From Candidatus Moraniibacteriota bacterium (GTDB lineage Bacteria; Patescibacteriota; Minisyncoccia; Moranbacterales; UBA1568): DNA of 64,000 bases. Shown in pieces: positions 1 to 9,269 of the stretch. The notes below the pieces were generated by a model. The model saw only the letters and a program-made list of their open reading frames with translations, had not been told where the DNA came from and did no database searches. The stretch covers positions 11,405 through 75,404 of the forward strand of contig JBPOHW010000002.1 of the NCBI GenBank assembly GCA_052035095.1, in the 5' to 3' direction. Position 1 is the first letter of the stretch; each line of letters starts with the position of its first letter. The position numbers were made by a program, and so were the translations under genes.

Positions 1-435
1 CATATCGCCCATCACCTCCCGGTATTTCGGTTGGTGCACCTGAATAAATGACTCTTCCAAATCGCGCGATCCGATAACCACGTCATTTCCCGCCTGAAGC
101 GCCGGCAGAAATGTTTCGAGATGGGTAATCGCTGTCGAGCCGTCGGCATCCATAAAAAGTCGGTATTTCCCCTTCGCCTCAAGAAGCCCTTGGCGCACCA
201 CATATCCCTTGCCGTGATTTTGCGGATTATCAATGACCCGAATGTGATCCATCTGAAGCGCGTAGTTGCGCGCCACCTCCGCCGTATTGTCGGGCGATCC
301 GTCCACGACGACGAGGATTTCATAACTCATATCCTTCTGTTTGAAATACTTCCCGATATCAAGAAGCGTCGTCCCAATACGTTCTCCTTCTTTGTATGAA
401 GGAATAATAACCGAAATAAATGGTTGTGTTTCCAT
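1..435 (-). CDS. glycosyltransferase family 2 (dolichyl-phosphate sugar transferase-like); 5' portion only, C-terminus lies beyond window start
   Basis: Minus-strand frame missing from ORF track because it runs off the edge; ATG at 435-433 then METQPFISVIIPSYKEGERIGTTLLDI...VVVDGSPDNT...FMDADGST (GT2 fold with DXD-type motif). Confidence 0.75.
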   Translation of the reverse strand, partial: METQPFISVIIPSYKEGERIGTTLLDIGKYFKQKDMSYEILVVVDGSPDNTAEVARNYALQMDHIRVIDNPQNHGKGYVVRQGLLEAKGKYRLFMDADGSTAITHLETFLPALQAGNDVVIGSRDLEESFIQVHQPKYREVMGDM

Positions 436-479
436 AGAAAACAAGATGAAGAGAAATTAATCTTCGCAAGTTCATTGTA

Positions 480-896
480 TCACAATCTCCCCTGTCCCGC
501 GAGAAAACTCTCGAGGATAATACGCGCCGCCTCGCGATCGTCCATATCATCGAGACGACCGCGAATACCGCGTTCGATAAGTCCCGCGCGCGCCATTTTG
601 GTGGTGAACATTTCATTTTCGTAGTGAACGGGTATACGAAAACGCTCGGCGAGAATATTGCCAAGTCTTTCTCCGCCGTATTCGACGCGCTCGCGATTGA
701 TATGAGACGGGATGCCGATCACGATTTCGCGCACGTTCCGCTCGGCGATAATCCCGGCAAGCGCCTCAAGAAGCCGCGCGTCATGGGGAAGTGTCGTCAC
801 CGAAAACGCCATTCTCGTTTCCGAGTCCGCAATCGCCACTCCGATTTTTTTCTCCCCCCAATCAATGCCCAGATATGAAAAAACCTCTTGTGTCAT
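480..896 (-). CDS. ruvX: Holliday junction resolvase-like RuvX/YqgF
   Basis: 138 aa; N-terminal LGIDWGEKKIGVAIAD signature of YqgF/RuvX RNase H-like fold; stop overlaps map. Confidence 0.85.
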   Translation of the reverse strand: MTQEVFSYLGIDWGEKKIGVAIADSETRMAFSVTTLPHDARLLEALAGIIAERNVREIVIGIPSHINRERVEYGGERLGNILAERFRIPVHYENEMFTTKMARAGLIERGIRGRLDDMDDREAARIILESFLAGQGRL

Positions 897-1669
897 ACGG
901 TTGATCGCGTCACATTTTCGATGCCGCGTTCAGTAAGAATCACCGTGTCTTCGAAGTGCGCGCTCAGCCTTCCATCTTCGGTCGTAAACACCCAACCGTC
1001 CTTGCCGAGGCAAATCGCGTACTTGCCCGCGTTTACCATTGGCTCAAGCGCGACCGCCATACCGGCACGAAACTCAATATCTTTCATACCGGAAAAAATA
1101 TAGTTTGGAATTTGCGGAGGCTCGTGAAGCTCAAACCCAACCCCGTGTCCCACGAGATCTCGCACCACCGAAAAGCCGTTTGTCTCAACATATCGTTGCA
1201 CCGCCCTTCCGTAATCCGAGAGTTTTGCGCCGACTCGAATGGCGGAAATGCCGCAAAGAAGCGCCTCCTCGGTCACCCGCAGAAGCCGCTTCGCCGCATC
1301 CGACACCTCGCCAACCGCAAAGGTTCGCGCCATATCCGTGACCATCCCGCGAAAGCGAAGTCCCATATCTATTTTTACCAAGTCGCCCTCTCGAATAAGG
1401 CGCGTCTTTTTCGGAATACCGTGTACCACCTCATCGTTTATCGAAACGCAAATCGCCGCCGGAAATCCGCTCCCATATTCTTTGCCGTATCCCTTAAAAA
1501 CCGTCTCACTCCCCGACGCGAGTATCGCCCGCTCCGCCGCTTCGTCAAGCGAGAGCGTGGAAACTCCCGGACGAATCGCCGCTTCAACCGCGCGCATCAC
1601 GCCCGCAAGTCGCTTCCCGCTCTCCCGCAACGCCTCGAATTGTTCCGCGTTTTTGAGCCGAATATTCAT
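893..1669 (-). CDS. map: methionine aminopeptidase type I
   Basis: 258 aa; pita-bread fold motifs (DLVKIDMG, GHGVGFELHEPP), typical position after adk. Confidence 0.93.
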   Translation of the reverse strand: MNIRLKNAEQFEALRESGKRLAGVMRAVEAAIRPGVSTLSLDEAAERAILASGSETVFKGYGKEYGSGFPAAICVSINDEVVHGIPKKTRLIREGDLVKIDMGLRFRGMVTDMARTFAVGEVSDAAKRLLRVTEEALLCGISAIRVGAKLSDYGRAVQRYVETNGFSVVRDLVGHGVGFELHEPPQIPNYIFSGMKDIEFRAGMAVALEPMVNAGKYAICLGKDGWVFTTEDGRLSAHFEDTVILTERGIENVTRSTV

Positions 1670-1875
1670 AGTATCTTTAGAACGTGTCTAAAAAGCTTCA
1701 CAAGACTGAAAATTTGAACGTTTTTCTGGGAAAAATTGTTTTTTTGCGGCTTTCGAACGAAGTGGAAGACAAGCAAAAAAATAATTTTTTCCAGAAAAGC
1801 GTGCTTCTTAGAAACGCTCTTACAAAAAAACTCCAAAGTCCGGTGGACGTATCCTATCAAAGGAAACAAAAAGAT

Positions 1876-1902
1876 TCAACAAAAGACGGGGTTTCCCCCG
1901 TC
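1876..1902 (-). terminator. rho-independent terminator downstream of adk
   Basis: GACGGGG-tttc-CCCCGTC hairpin 1885-1902; on minus strand followed by TTTTGTTG. Confidence 0.5.
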
Positions 1903-1921
1903 ATCCACCCCTCAAAAAATC

Positions 1922-2584
1922 CTACACCCGCTCCAGTACTCTCCGGATATCTTCAAATATGGCAGCGGGATCTTTGGCGCCATCCACCTCGAGGAGCGCG
2001 CCCTTCTTTCGATAGTGTTCGACAACCGGCAATGTATCGGCGACGAAAATCTGATAACGTTTTTGGACTCCCTCCTCGGTATCATCTTTTCGTCGAGACA
2101 GCGTCGTTCCGCAAGCAGGGCAAATTTCCTCGCCCTTTCGAAAATCCACACCGGCGACAAATGGACGATTACATCGCGGACACATCCATCGGCAAGAAAT
2201 GCGCCGGATGGATTCTTCTTCCGAAAGCGCTACGTATATCGCGACATCCACTTCCCGCTCGAACGTCGCAAGCACTGCTTCCACAATGTCAATCTGCGTT
2301 TCTCTCCGAGGAGCGCCATCCAGAATGACCGAGGTGTCGGGTTGAATGGAGGCAAGCGCGCCCGAAAGCACTTCTTCCACGATATCATCCGGCACCAACC
2401 CCATGCGCGTGTTCATAATTTCGGAGATCTTCTCGCCAAGCGGCGTCTTCATTTCGGACGTCTTTCGAAGCGCGAGTCCCACATCGATATGCACCGCATT
2501 CATTTCGCGCACCAAGAAATCCGCCTGCGTGCTTTTCCCACTTCCCGGCGGTCCCAAGAGAATGGCGGTGAGCAGTCGAGTCAT
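1922..2584 (-). CDS. adk: adenylate kinase (zinc-lid type)
   Basis: LLGPPGSGKSTQ P-loop; CPRC...CPAC zinc lid; start trimmed to MTRLLTAILLG (ATG 2584) rather than upstream M of ORF. Confidence 0.93.
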   Translation of the reverse strand: MTRLLTAILLGPPGSGKSTQADFLVREMNAVHIDVGLALRKTSEMKTPLGEKISEIMNTRMGLVPDDIVEEVLSGALASIQPDTSVILDGAPRRETQIDIVEAVLATFEREVDVAIYVALSEEESIRRISCRWMCPRCNRPFVAGVDFRKGEEICPACGTTLSRRKDDTEEGVQKRYQIFVADTLPVVEHYRKKGALLEVDGAKDPAAIFEDIRRVLERV

Positions 2585-2676
2585 ATGAAGAAAAAATAAA
2601 GTTTCAAAAACCAAAGAGGTCACTATCAGAATACCGTATTTTCCAAGAAGAAAAAAGCTATCCGACCAAATTTCTC

Positions 2677-3957
2677 TCAGAATCCTTCGTAGCTCCGCAT
2701 CGCGAGCTGACTTTGAATATGTTTCACCATTTCAAGAACTACCGAAACAACGATCAGAATACTGATGCCGCCAATCGTGAGAGACTGCACGCCAGTCAAA
2801 CCCTGAACGACAATCGGGAGAACCGCGACCGTCCCCAAAAACACCGCCCCGACGAGTGTCACGTGACCGAGTACCTTGGAAAGGTACTCAACCGTAGGCG
2901 TTCCCGGTCGAATGCCGGGCACGTACCCTCCCTGCTTCTGCAGATTATCGGCGATCTTGGTGGGATCGAAAATAACCGCGGTGTAAAAGTAGGTAAAGAG
3001 CACAACGAGCGCGAAGTAAAAAATTCCGTAAAACCACTGGTTCTGAAAGAGGTAGTACGCTTTGGAAGCGACGGAAACAATGGTCGGGTTGGTCGCCGTT
3101 TGCATCACGTAGCCCGCAACGACATTGGGAAGAATGATAAGCGACACGGCGAAAATAATCGGGATAACCCCTGCCTGATTGACCCGAAGCGGAAGATGGG
3201 TCGACGTCCCGGCCGCGGCAATACCGCCACGGATGCGCTTGGCGTAGGAAATCGGAATCGTTCGCTGCGCTTCGTTTACAAACACGATACCGGCAACCAT
3301 AAGAAGCGCCACCGCGGCAAACACGAGATTGTTGAAAAAATCATCGGGATTTTGTCCAATCGTGTCAAAAAATCGTATGACGATCGCGGGAATTCCCGCC
3401 ATAATGCCCGCAAAAATCATAATCGAGACACCGTTCCCGAGACCCTTTTCGGTAATGAGTTCGCCAAACCACATCAGGAGTATCGTTCCCGCCGTCGCAA
3501 TCACGACCATCGCCGCCGTGTCAAAGGCCGTGATATCTCCCAAAACATTCTGCGAACGAAGAAGCGCGATCATGCTAAAGGTCTGCAGAACGGCAAGCGG
3601 AATCGTGAGCCACCGCGTAATCATATTGAATTTCTGCCGACCCGCTTCCCCTTCTTCCTTGTACATTTGCTCGACGCGAGGCACAACCGTCGTCATAAGT
3701 TGCATAATGATGGAAGCGGTGATATAGGGGGCAACGCCGAGAAGGACAATCGACACGTTTGAAAGTCCACCGCCCGAAAAAACATTGAGGAGTCCCAAGA
3801 ACTGATTCTCATCAAAAAAACGTTGAAGTCTCGAGACGTCAACGCCGGGAAGCGGCACAACCGCCGCAATACGATATGCCACGAGCGCGCCAAAGATAAA
3901 GAGGAGTTTCCCGCGTAGCTCCTTTTCCGAAAAAATACGAACCAGTGTCGCGTACAT
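2677..3957 (-). CDS. secY: preprotein translocase subunit SecY
   Basis: 426 aa polytopic membrane protein; conserved SecY blocks; position between rplO and adk. Confidence 0.95.
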   Translation of the reverse strand: MYATLVRIFSEKELRGKLLFIFGALVAYRIAAVVPLPGVDVSRLQRFFDENQFLGLLNVFSGGGLSNVSIVLLGVAPYITASIIMQLMTTVVPRVEQMYKEEGEAGRQKFNMITRWLTIPLAVLQTFSMIALLRSQNVLGDITAFDTAAMVVIATAGTILLMWFGELITEKGLGNGVSIMIFAGIMAGIPAIVIRFFDTIGQNPDDFFNNLVFAAVALLMVAGIVFVNEAQRTIPISYAKRIRGGIAAAGTSTHLPLRVNQAGVIPIIFAVSLIILPNVVAGYVMQTATNPTIVSVASKAYYLFQNQWFYGIFYFALVVLFTYFYTAVIFDPTKIADNLQKQGGYVPGIRPGTPTVEYLSKVLGHVTLVGAVFLGTVAVLPIVVQGLTGVQSLTIGGISILIVVSVVLEMVKHIQSQLAMRSYEGF

Positions 3958-4019
3958 AGGGGTAAGCTACCAACTGACAACGAACAAGGAAAGCTGAACA
4001 GTAAAAACCAGTACAAACG

Positions 4020-4457
4020 TCAGCGATTGAGAGTCGAGCCTTGACCCTCGATTATTTTCCGGACGCCCTCCGACAAAGAGAGGGTCGCGTCAAACAAGAG
4101 TCCTTTCGGAATCGTTCCCGTTCCGATTATTTTGACTCCGCTTTTCAAAATATCTTTCGAAGCCAGCTTTTTCGCGAGAAGCGTTTCCGGAGAGACGGTC
4201 TCTCCCGCCGAAAAAGCGCGAGCGATATCGGAGAGTTTGACGAAAGGCTTCTTGGCGTGAGGTGACTTGAAACCGCGTACTTTCTTCAAACGTTCAACCA
4301 ATGAACATCGTCCACCCTCAAAGAGCGGATTCACATGCGCGCCCGAACGAGCCTTCTGACCCTTATTGCCGCGACCGGAATACGTACCGCGTTTGCCGCC
4401 CCGCCCGATTCGCTTTCGGCCCTTTTTTTTCCCGACGGAAAGTTCATGAATTTGCAT
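4020..4457 (-). CDS. rplO: 50S ribosomal protein L15
   Basis: MQIHELSVGKKKGRKRIGRGGKRGTYSGRGNKGQKARSG matches L15 N-terminus; start trimmed from ORF 4020..4601; directly follows rpsE with no L30 gene between. Confidence 0.9.
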   Translation of the reverse strand: MQIHELSVGKKKGRKRIGRGGKRGTYSGRGNKGQKARSGAHVNPLFEGGRCSLVERLKKVRGFKSPHAKKPFVKLSDIARAFSAGETVSPETLLAKKLASKDILKSGVKIIGTGTIPKGLLFDATLSLSEGVRKIIEGQGSTLNR

Positions 4458-4476
4458 AGAGGATACACAGAAGAAT

Positions 4477-5067
4477 TTACACGGTCGGCTTTTCAGCCCC
4501 CGGTGTTTCAATTTCAATTTCCTTTCCCGTTTTCGAGACAGCCTTCGACTCCGAAGAAACAGGCAATTCAATAGCAGTATCTTTCCCTTCCTCGCGCGCA
4601 TTCTTCACTCGAAATCGAGACAATGCCAAAACGGTCGCGCGCGCGACATTCAGGGGATTGGAAGCGCCAAGCGACTTCGAAACGATATCTTTTATGCCGG
4701 CCAAATCCATCACCGCCCGTACCGCGCCTCCGGCGATAATCCCTTGACCGGGAATGCCGGGCTTGAGAAGTATCGTCGCGCTCCCGAGTTTTTCACGCAC
4801 ATCATGCGGTATGGTCGAACCGGCAAGTGCAACCGAAACCAAGTTTCGTTTCGCGTCATTGAAAGATTTTTGAATCGCGTCCGATACGTCGGAACCTTTG
4901 GCAACCCCGACACCAACCTTTCCCTTTCGATTGCCAATGACAAGCGTCGCTCGAAAACGAAAACGCCGACCGCCTTTTACGACACGCGTCACTCGGGCAA
5001 GGTTGAGGAGCTTCTGATCATATTCCGGCTTCTCCCGCCGCTTCGGTTTTCTCATTTGCTTGGACAT
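4477..5067 (-). CDS. rpsE: 30S ribosomal protein S5 (with C-terminal extension)
   Basis: 196 aa; S5 dsRBD and C-terminal domain blocks (RVTRVVKGGRRFRF..., GIIAGGAVRAV...) plus ~40-aa acidic/lysine tail. Confidence 0.93.
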   Translation of the reverse strand: MSKQMRKPKRREKPEYDQKLLNLARVTRVVKGGRRFRFRATLVIGNRKGKVGVGVAKGSDVSDAIQKSFNDAKRNLVSVALAGSTIPHDVREKLGSATILLKPGIPGQGIIAGGAVRAVMDLAGIKDIVSKSLGASNPLNVARATVLALSRFRVKNAREEGKDTAIELPVSSESKAVSKTGKEIEIETPGAEKPTV

Positions 5068-5155
5068 AGATTCATCGGAAAATTACAAATTTCAAATATC
5101 AAATGGTAAAATAATTTTCGAATTTCAAAATTTGAAACGTATCACTTGAAATTAT

Positions 5156-5515
5156 TTAGAGCGTCAATCCTCCCTCTCTCGCGCCCTCTGCAAGCGCCTT
5201 CACCCGACCGTGGTACCGGTAGCCGTTTCGATCGAAAACAGCGCGCTGTATTCCGGAATCGAGGCACTTCTTCGCCAATAGCTTCCCAACCTCTCTCGCT
5301 CCCGCAACCGTATTGGCTTTTTTTCCTTTTGGCAACTCCCGAAGATACGCCGAACACAGCGTCTTCCCTGACACATCATCAATCGCCTGTGCGGAAATGC
5401 CGCGAAGACTTCGAAAGACCGACAGCCTCGGGCATTCCGGCGCGCCGGAAACGCGCGCTCGAACCCGATTCTTTCGGAAAAACCGTCCGATATTTTTGGT
5501 ATGCGACCCTGTCAT
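5156..5515 (-). CDS. rplR: 50S ribosomal protein L18
   Basis: 119 aa; L18 family (RLSVFRS...HIYAQ-like core, DRNGYRYHGRVKALAEGAREGGL). Confidence 0.9.
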   Translation of the reverse strand: MTGSHTKNIGRFFRKNRVRARVSGAPECPRLSVFRSLRGISAQAIDDVSGKTLCSAYLRELPKGKKANTVAGAREVGKLLAKKCLDSGIQRAVFDRNGYRYHGRVKALAEGAREGGLTL

Positions 5516-5527
5516 ACATTTCGGAAA

Positions 5528-6064
5528 TTATGCGGCTGATTTCTTCCCTTCCTTCCTTAACACCACTTCTCCAACATAGCGGAACCCCTTGCCTTTGTAC
5601 GGCTCAACCGGTTTCAACTTCTTGATTTCCGCGGCAAATTGCCCGACCGATTGTTTGTCAATTCCGGAAAGCGTGAGGACATTGTTTTCTATTTTTGCAA
5701 GAATCCCCTCGGGAACAGTCACTTCAACGGGATGCGAAAAGCCAAGCGCAAACACAAGTTTTTTTCCCTGAAGCGCCATTCGGAAACCGACGCCGTTCAA
5801 CTCCAATTGCTTTGAAAATCCTTCCGTCACGCCCGTCACCATATTGCGAATCAAGCGAGCCGTCGTCCCCCAGAGCGCCGGCGCCATTTTTGACTTCCCC
5901 GTCTTCTCAACTCGCGCCTCATTGTTTTCAATGTGAACCGAAACTTCATAATGGTGCGCCAAAGAAAGCGTTCCTTTGGGACCCTTTACCGTCACCATAT
6001 TCCCCGAAAGCGATGCTTCGACTCCCGCCGGAATACCTATGGATTGTTTGCCGATTCTACTCAT
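5528..6064 (-). CDS. rplF: 50S ribosomal protein L6
   Basis: 178 aa; two L6 repeats; MSRIGKQSIGIPAGVEASL N-terminus. Confidence 0.95.
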   Translation of the reverse strand: MSRIGKQSIGIPAGVEASLSGNMVTVKGPKGTLSLAHHYEVSVHIENNEARVEKTGKSKMAPALWGTTARLIRNMVTGVTEGFSKQLELNGVGFRMALQGKKLVFALGFSHPVEVTVPEGILAKIENNVLTLSGIDKQSVGQFAAEIKKLKPVEPYKGKGFRYVGEVVLRKEGKKSAA

Positions 6065-6126
6065 AAAAAATATTTGAAGTCGAGAGTTGTCAGTTGATAG
6101 TTATTCGTTGAAGGTTAGCAGTTATA

Positions 6127-6534
6127 TTACCATACCTCGCAAATGTACTCTCCGCCCAATCCGGAATGATACGCCTCCGTTCCCGTCATTACCCCCTTCG
6201 ATGTTGAGACGATGGCGCAACCGAAACCGTTTTTCACCTTGCGAATTTCCTCGCGCTTCACATATCGCCTCTGCCCCCCGCGACTCACACGGCGAAGACC
6301 TCGGATAGCCGGATCGAGTTGCGTCGGGGAAACACGGTGATACCGAAGTACGACAAAGAGACGTTTTCCATGTCCCCCCTCAGCATCTTCCTCCGTCACC
6401 TGCTCCACAAAACCTCGACGCTCGAGGATGCGAGCAATCGAAAGTTTCACCTTTGACGAAGGAAATGTAACCGAGGTATGCCCGGCCATCTGCGCGTTTC
6501 GGATTTTTGTCAACATGTTTGCGATATGATCCAT
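6127..6534 (-). CDS. rpsH: 30S ribosomal protein S8
   Basis: MDHIANMLTKIRNAQMAGH... S8 family; start trimmed (ATG 6534-6532) from longer ORF 6127..6780. Confidence 0.9.
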   Translation of the reverse strand: MDHIANMLTKIRNAQMAGHTSVTFPSSKVKLSIARILERRGFVEQVTEEDAEGGHGKRLFVVLRYHRVSPTQLDPAIRGLRRVSRGGQRRYVKREEIRKVKNGFGCAIVSTSKGVMTGTEAYHSGLGGEYICEVW

Positions 6535-6538
6535 AGAA

Positions 6539-6724
6539 TTACCATGAAGATTTTCGAACACCCGGAACCTCTCCCCGACTCGCCAGCTCTCGAAAACAAA
6601 TACGACAGAGATCGAATTTTCGAAGATAGCCATGCTTCCTCCCACACCGCCAGCATCGGCGCACGATTCGAGTGGAAAATTTCGGTTGTTTTCGGGCTCG
6701 CGCCGCAGTGGATGTCTTTGCCAT
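6539..6724 (-). CDS. rpsZ: 30S ribosomal protein S14 type Z (zinc-binding, 61 aa)
   Basis: 61 aa with CWRCGRKHG...CRIC zinc ribbon; between rplE and rpsH. Confidence 0.9.
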   Translation of the reverse strand: MAKTSTAARARKQPKFSTRIVRRCWRCGRKHGYLRKFDLCRICFRELASRGEVPGVRKSSW

Positions 6725-6733
6725 AGATGTTTT

Positions 6734-7303
6734 TTACGCGTCCATACCTTCGCGAATCGGAAATCCGAGAGATTGCGCAAGTACCAAGCCTTCTTTGCGA
6801 GTTTTCGCCGTAGTCACGACATTCACCTGAAACCCAAAGGGCGTTTGAACTTTCTCCGGGACAATTTCGGGAAATACGCTGTGTTCACGAATACCGACAT
6901 TGATATTGCCGCAGGCGTCAACCGTCGAAGGCGATATCCCTTGAAAATCGCGCACACGCGGAAAGGCTGTCTTTATCAAGCGATCCAAGAAATCCCACAT
7001 TCGATTCCCTCGAAGCGTCACGCGTACGCCAACCGCAAGACCCTCTCGGATTTTGAATCCGGCAATCGCTTTCTTCGCCTGCGTCAAAACCGGCTTCTGT
7101 CCGGCGATATCCGTCATTGATCGGAGAATCTCCTCAACGCGAGCCTCTTCCTTGATAAATTTCCCAATACCAGCATTGAGCACCACCTTCTCAATACGAG
7201 CAACCGAAAACGGATTCGAACGCCCGGAAGCGACCAAAAGCGCCGGGAGTGAAACAGTCCGGTACACCGTCTTCAGAGGAATTTTTACATCAACTCGTTG
7301 CAT
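6734..7303 (-). CDS. rplE: 50S ribosomal protein L5
   Basis: 189 aa; L5 family blocks; position. Confidence 0.95.
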   Translation of the reverse strand: MQRVDVKIPLKTVYRTVSLPALLVASGRSNPFSVARIEKVVLNAGIGKFIKEEARVEEILRSMTDIAGQKPVLTQAKKAIAGFKIREGLAVGVRVTLRGNRMWDFLDRLIKTAFPRVRDFQGISPSTVDACGNINVGIREHSVFPEIVPEKVQTPFGFQVNVVTTAKTRKEGLVLAQSLGFPIREGMDA

Positions 7304-7354
7304 ACATGAAATGAAAAGTGAGTAGTGAGGAGTAAGAAAGTGATCAATTATCAG

Positions 7355-7410
7355 TTGTCTGTTGTCTGTTGTCTGTTGTCTGTTGTCTGTTGTCTGTTGT
7401 CTGTTGTCAG
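7355..7410. repeat. heptanucleotide tandem repeat (TTGTCTG)x8 on plus = (GACAACA)x8 in gene orientation, in rplX-rplE spacer
   Basis: Direct reading: 8 perfect/near-perfect 7-nt units between rplX stop and rplE start. Confidence 0.95.
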
Positions 7411-7421
7411 TTGAAAGCTTT

Positions 7422-7730
7422 TTACGCTATCGGCTTCTTGGCTTGCTTACTCATGCGAACTTTCTCGCCCGCCTCCATTTTGTATCCAATCCTCGTCAGC
7501 TTCCCCGTATGGGGACACACGAGCATTGCTTTACTTGCCGCAAATGGCGTTGTCACTTCTATTCGCTCGCCCTTTTTCCCTTCTTTTCGGGACTTTATAT
7601 GCTTTTTGCGAATATTCACCCCTTCAACCACAATCCGTCCAAGCGCGGGAAGCGTACGGAGTATGGAACCCCGCTTTCCTTTGTCCTTTCCGGTTATAAT
7701 TTCGACTTCATCGCCTTTCTTGAACTTCAT
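7422..7730 (-). CDS. rplX: 50S ribosomal protein L24
   Basis: MKFKKGDEVEIITGKDKGKRG KOW motif; start trimmed (ATG 7730) from ORF 7422..7787. Confidence 0.9.
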   Translation of the reverse strand: MKFKKGDEVEIITGKDKGKRGSILRTLPALGRIVVEGVNIRKKHIKSRKEGKKGERIEVTTPFAASKAMLVCPHTGKLTRIGYKMEAGEKVRMSKQAKKPIA

Positions 7731-7899
7731 AGGAAAAAAGTGTTGTAATTCAAATCTCTGCTTTCGTAGGAGATGCCTCGATCCCAAAAAACAATTTTTC
7801 TCACATACTCCTCTCTATCGGAGCAAACTTTCGAAAAATTATTTTTTGCGATCTCGGCATACGAAATAAAACTGGGGGAACTTTACAGTATTACGTTTG

Positions 7900-8265
7900 T
7901 CAGACCACCTCCGGCGCCAGTGAAACAATTTTTGCAAAACCGCGATCACGAACCTCCCGAGCAATAGGACCGAATACCCGTGATCCCTTTGGATCCGTCC
8001 CTTCGAGAATCACGGCGGCATTCTCATCAAAACGAATAAAGGAATTGTCGCGACGACGATATGCTTCCTTTTGTCGGACGATAACCGCTTTCACCTTATC
8101 GCCCTTTTTCACCAACCCCCTCGGCTGAGAGGACTTAACCGACGCAACAATGATATCTCCGAGCGCCGCGTAGCGCCGACGCGTCCCGCCAAGCACCTTG
8201 AAACACTCGATCACGATCGCTCCGGTATTATCCGCCACTCTGAGTTTTGTCTCCGCTTGAATCAT
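7900..8265 (-). CDS. rplN: 50S ribosomal protein L14
   Basis: [16 protein letters not shown]... invariant L14 N-terminus. Confidence 0.95.
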   Translation of the reverse strand: MIQAETKLRVADNTGAIVIECFKVLGGTRRRYAALGDIIVASVKSSQPRGLVKKGDKVKAVIVRQKEAYRRRDNSFIRFDENAAVILEGTDPKGSRVFGPIAREVRDRGFAKIVSLAPEVV

Positions 8266-8285
8266 AATACGCGCTTCAATATTCG

Positions 8286-8564
8286 CTATTTTTTTGAAAC
8301 AATAACCTCGTGCCGCTTATGACGACTCACCGGCGGACACTCCCGAAACTCCACTATCTCGCCAACCGTATGTCGATTTTCCGGATCATGCACCTGAAAA
8401 CGCCTCGTTGAACGGTATTTCTTCCGATACTTCGGATGCGTCTTCAGTGTTTCCACGGAAACAACGATAGTCTTCTCCATCGCGTCACTCACCACCACGC
8501 CTCGAAAAATCGGCGCTCTGGAAAGCTGTCGCGTTTCAGATTTTGGTTCCAATTCTTTTTCCAT
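8286..8564 (-). CDS. rpsQ: 30S ribosomal protein S17
   Basis: S17 OB-fold ([19 protein letters not shown]...); start trimmed to MEKELEP (ATG 8564). Confidence 0.88.
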   Translation of the reverse strand: MEKELEPKSETRQLSRAPIFRGVVVSDAMEKTIVVSVETLKTHPKYRKKYRSTRRFQVHDPENRHTVGEIVEFRECPPVSRHKRHEVIVSKK

Positions 8565-8581
8565 ACCCAAAAACAAGCATA

Positions 8582-8767
8582 TTATACTCGCTCGCACAGC
8601 ACCGTAAGCATTCGCGCGATATCTCGGCGAAGCCGTCGGTGTTCCTGGTGATTTTTCGCTTCGCGCTCGGCGATTTGAAATCGAACCACCCGAAGTGCCT
8701 CACGATTCTCTCGAATCGCCGCTTCCAAATCTTCTCGACTTTTTTCTCTGATTTCAGTCATTTTCAT
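8582..8767 (-). CDS. rpmC: 50S ribosomal protein L29
   Basis: 61 aa helical protein, SREDLEAAIRENREALRVVRFQ... L29 pattern; position between rplP and rpsQ. Confidence 0.85.
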   Translation of the reverse strand: MKMTEIREKSREDLEAAIRENREALRVVRFQIAEREAKNHQEHRRLRRDIARMLTVLCERV

Positions 8768-8810
8768 AGGAAGTGTTCAGTCTATACCCTTTTCCGCAAA
8801 AAATCAACTC

Positions 8811-9221
8811 CTACTCGGAAACCACAAATTTTGTTTTGACCGATAACTTGTACGCCGCGAGTTTCATCGCTTTTTGGGCGACGTCCCGAGAGACACCATC
8901 CATTTCAAACAACACCCGACCGGCAAACACTTTGGCGACAAAATGATCTACCGATCCCTTTCCCTTTCCCATCGGCGTTTCATCTCCCTTTTTTGTCATT
9001 GGTTTATCGGGAAAGATTCGGATCCACACCTTGCCACCGCGCTGAACGGAGCGCGTCATAGCGCGACGCGCCGCTTCAATTTGTCGCGCGGACACCAATC
9101 CGGCCTCCGTCGCTTTGAGTCCGAAACCTCCGAAGCTTACCCGATTACCGGAATACGAAATTCCCTCGACCTTTCCGCCGCGATGAATCTTCCGGTGTTT
9201 GACTTTTTTCGGCATCAACAT
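8811..9221 (-). CDS. rplP: 50S ribosomal protein L16
   Basis: [16 protein letters not shown]... L16 N-terminus; start trimmed (ATG 9221). Confidence 0.93.
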   Translation of the reverse strand: MLMPKKVKHRKIHRGGKVEGISYSGNRVSFGGFGLKATEAGLVSARQIEAARRAMTRSVQRGGKVWIRIFPDKPMTKKGDETPMGKGKGSVDHFVAKVFAGRVLFEMDGVSRDVAQKAMKLAAYKLSVKTKFVVSE

Positions 9222-9269
9222 AAGAGTACGCTCACATCCAAAGATCAACCTCTAACAATCAACATTCGA

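Noticed and set aside
12-323. ORF-track minus-strand ORF at the window start
   Set aside because: A different minus-strand frame over the same region encodes a convincing GT2 glycosyltransferase N-terminus that runs off the window edge.
956-3762. Long plus-strand ORFs (956..1717, 1736..2599, 2713..3762) and similar ones opposite r-protein, rpoD and kor genes (e.g. 38233..39123, 50646..51338, 53674..54798)
   Set aside because: These are antisense shadow ORFs of well-supported genes (map, adk, secY, rpoD, korA, xseA). They are Arg/Ser/Pro-rich with no family resemblance.
7355-7410. Possible CRISPR array (regular short repeats; also 41871-41891, 62096-62130)
   Set aside because: The units are 7 nt and directly tandem, with no unique spacers, far below CRISPR repeat and spacer sizes. 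No cas genes are in the window.
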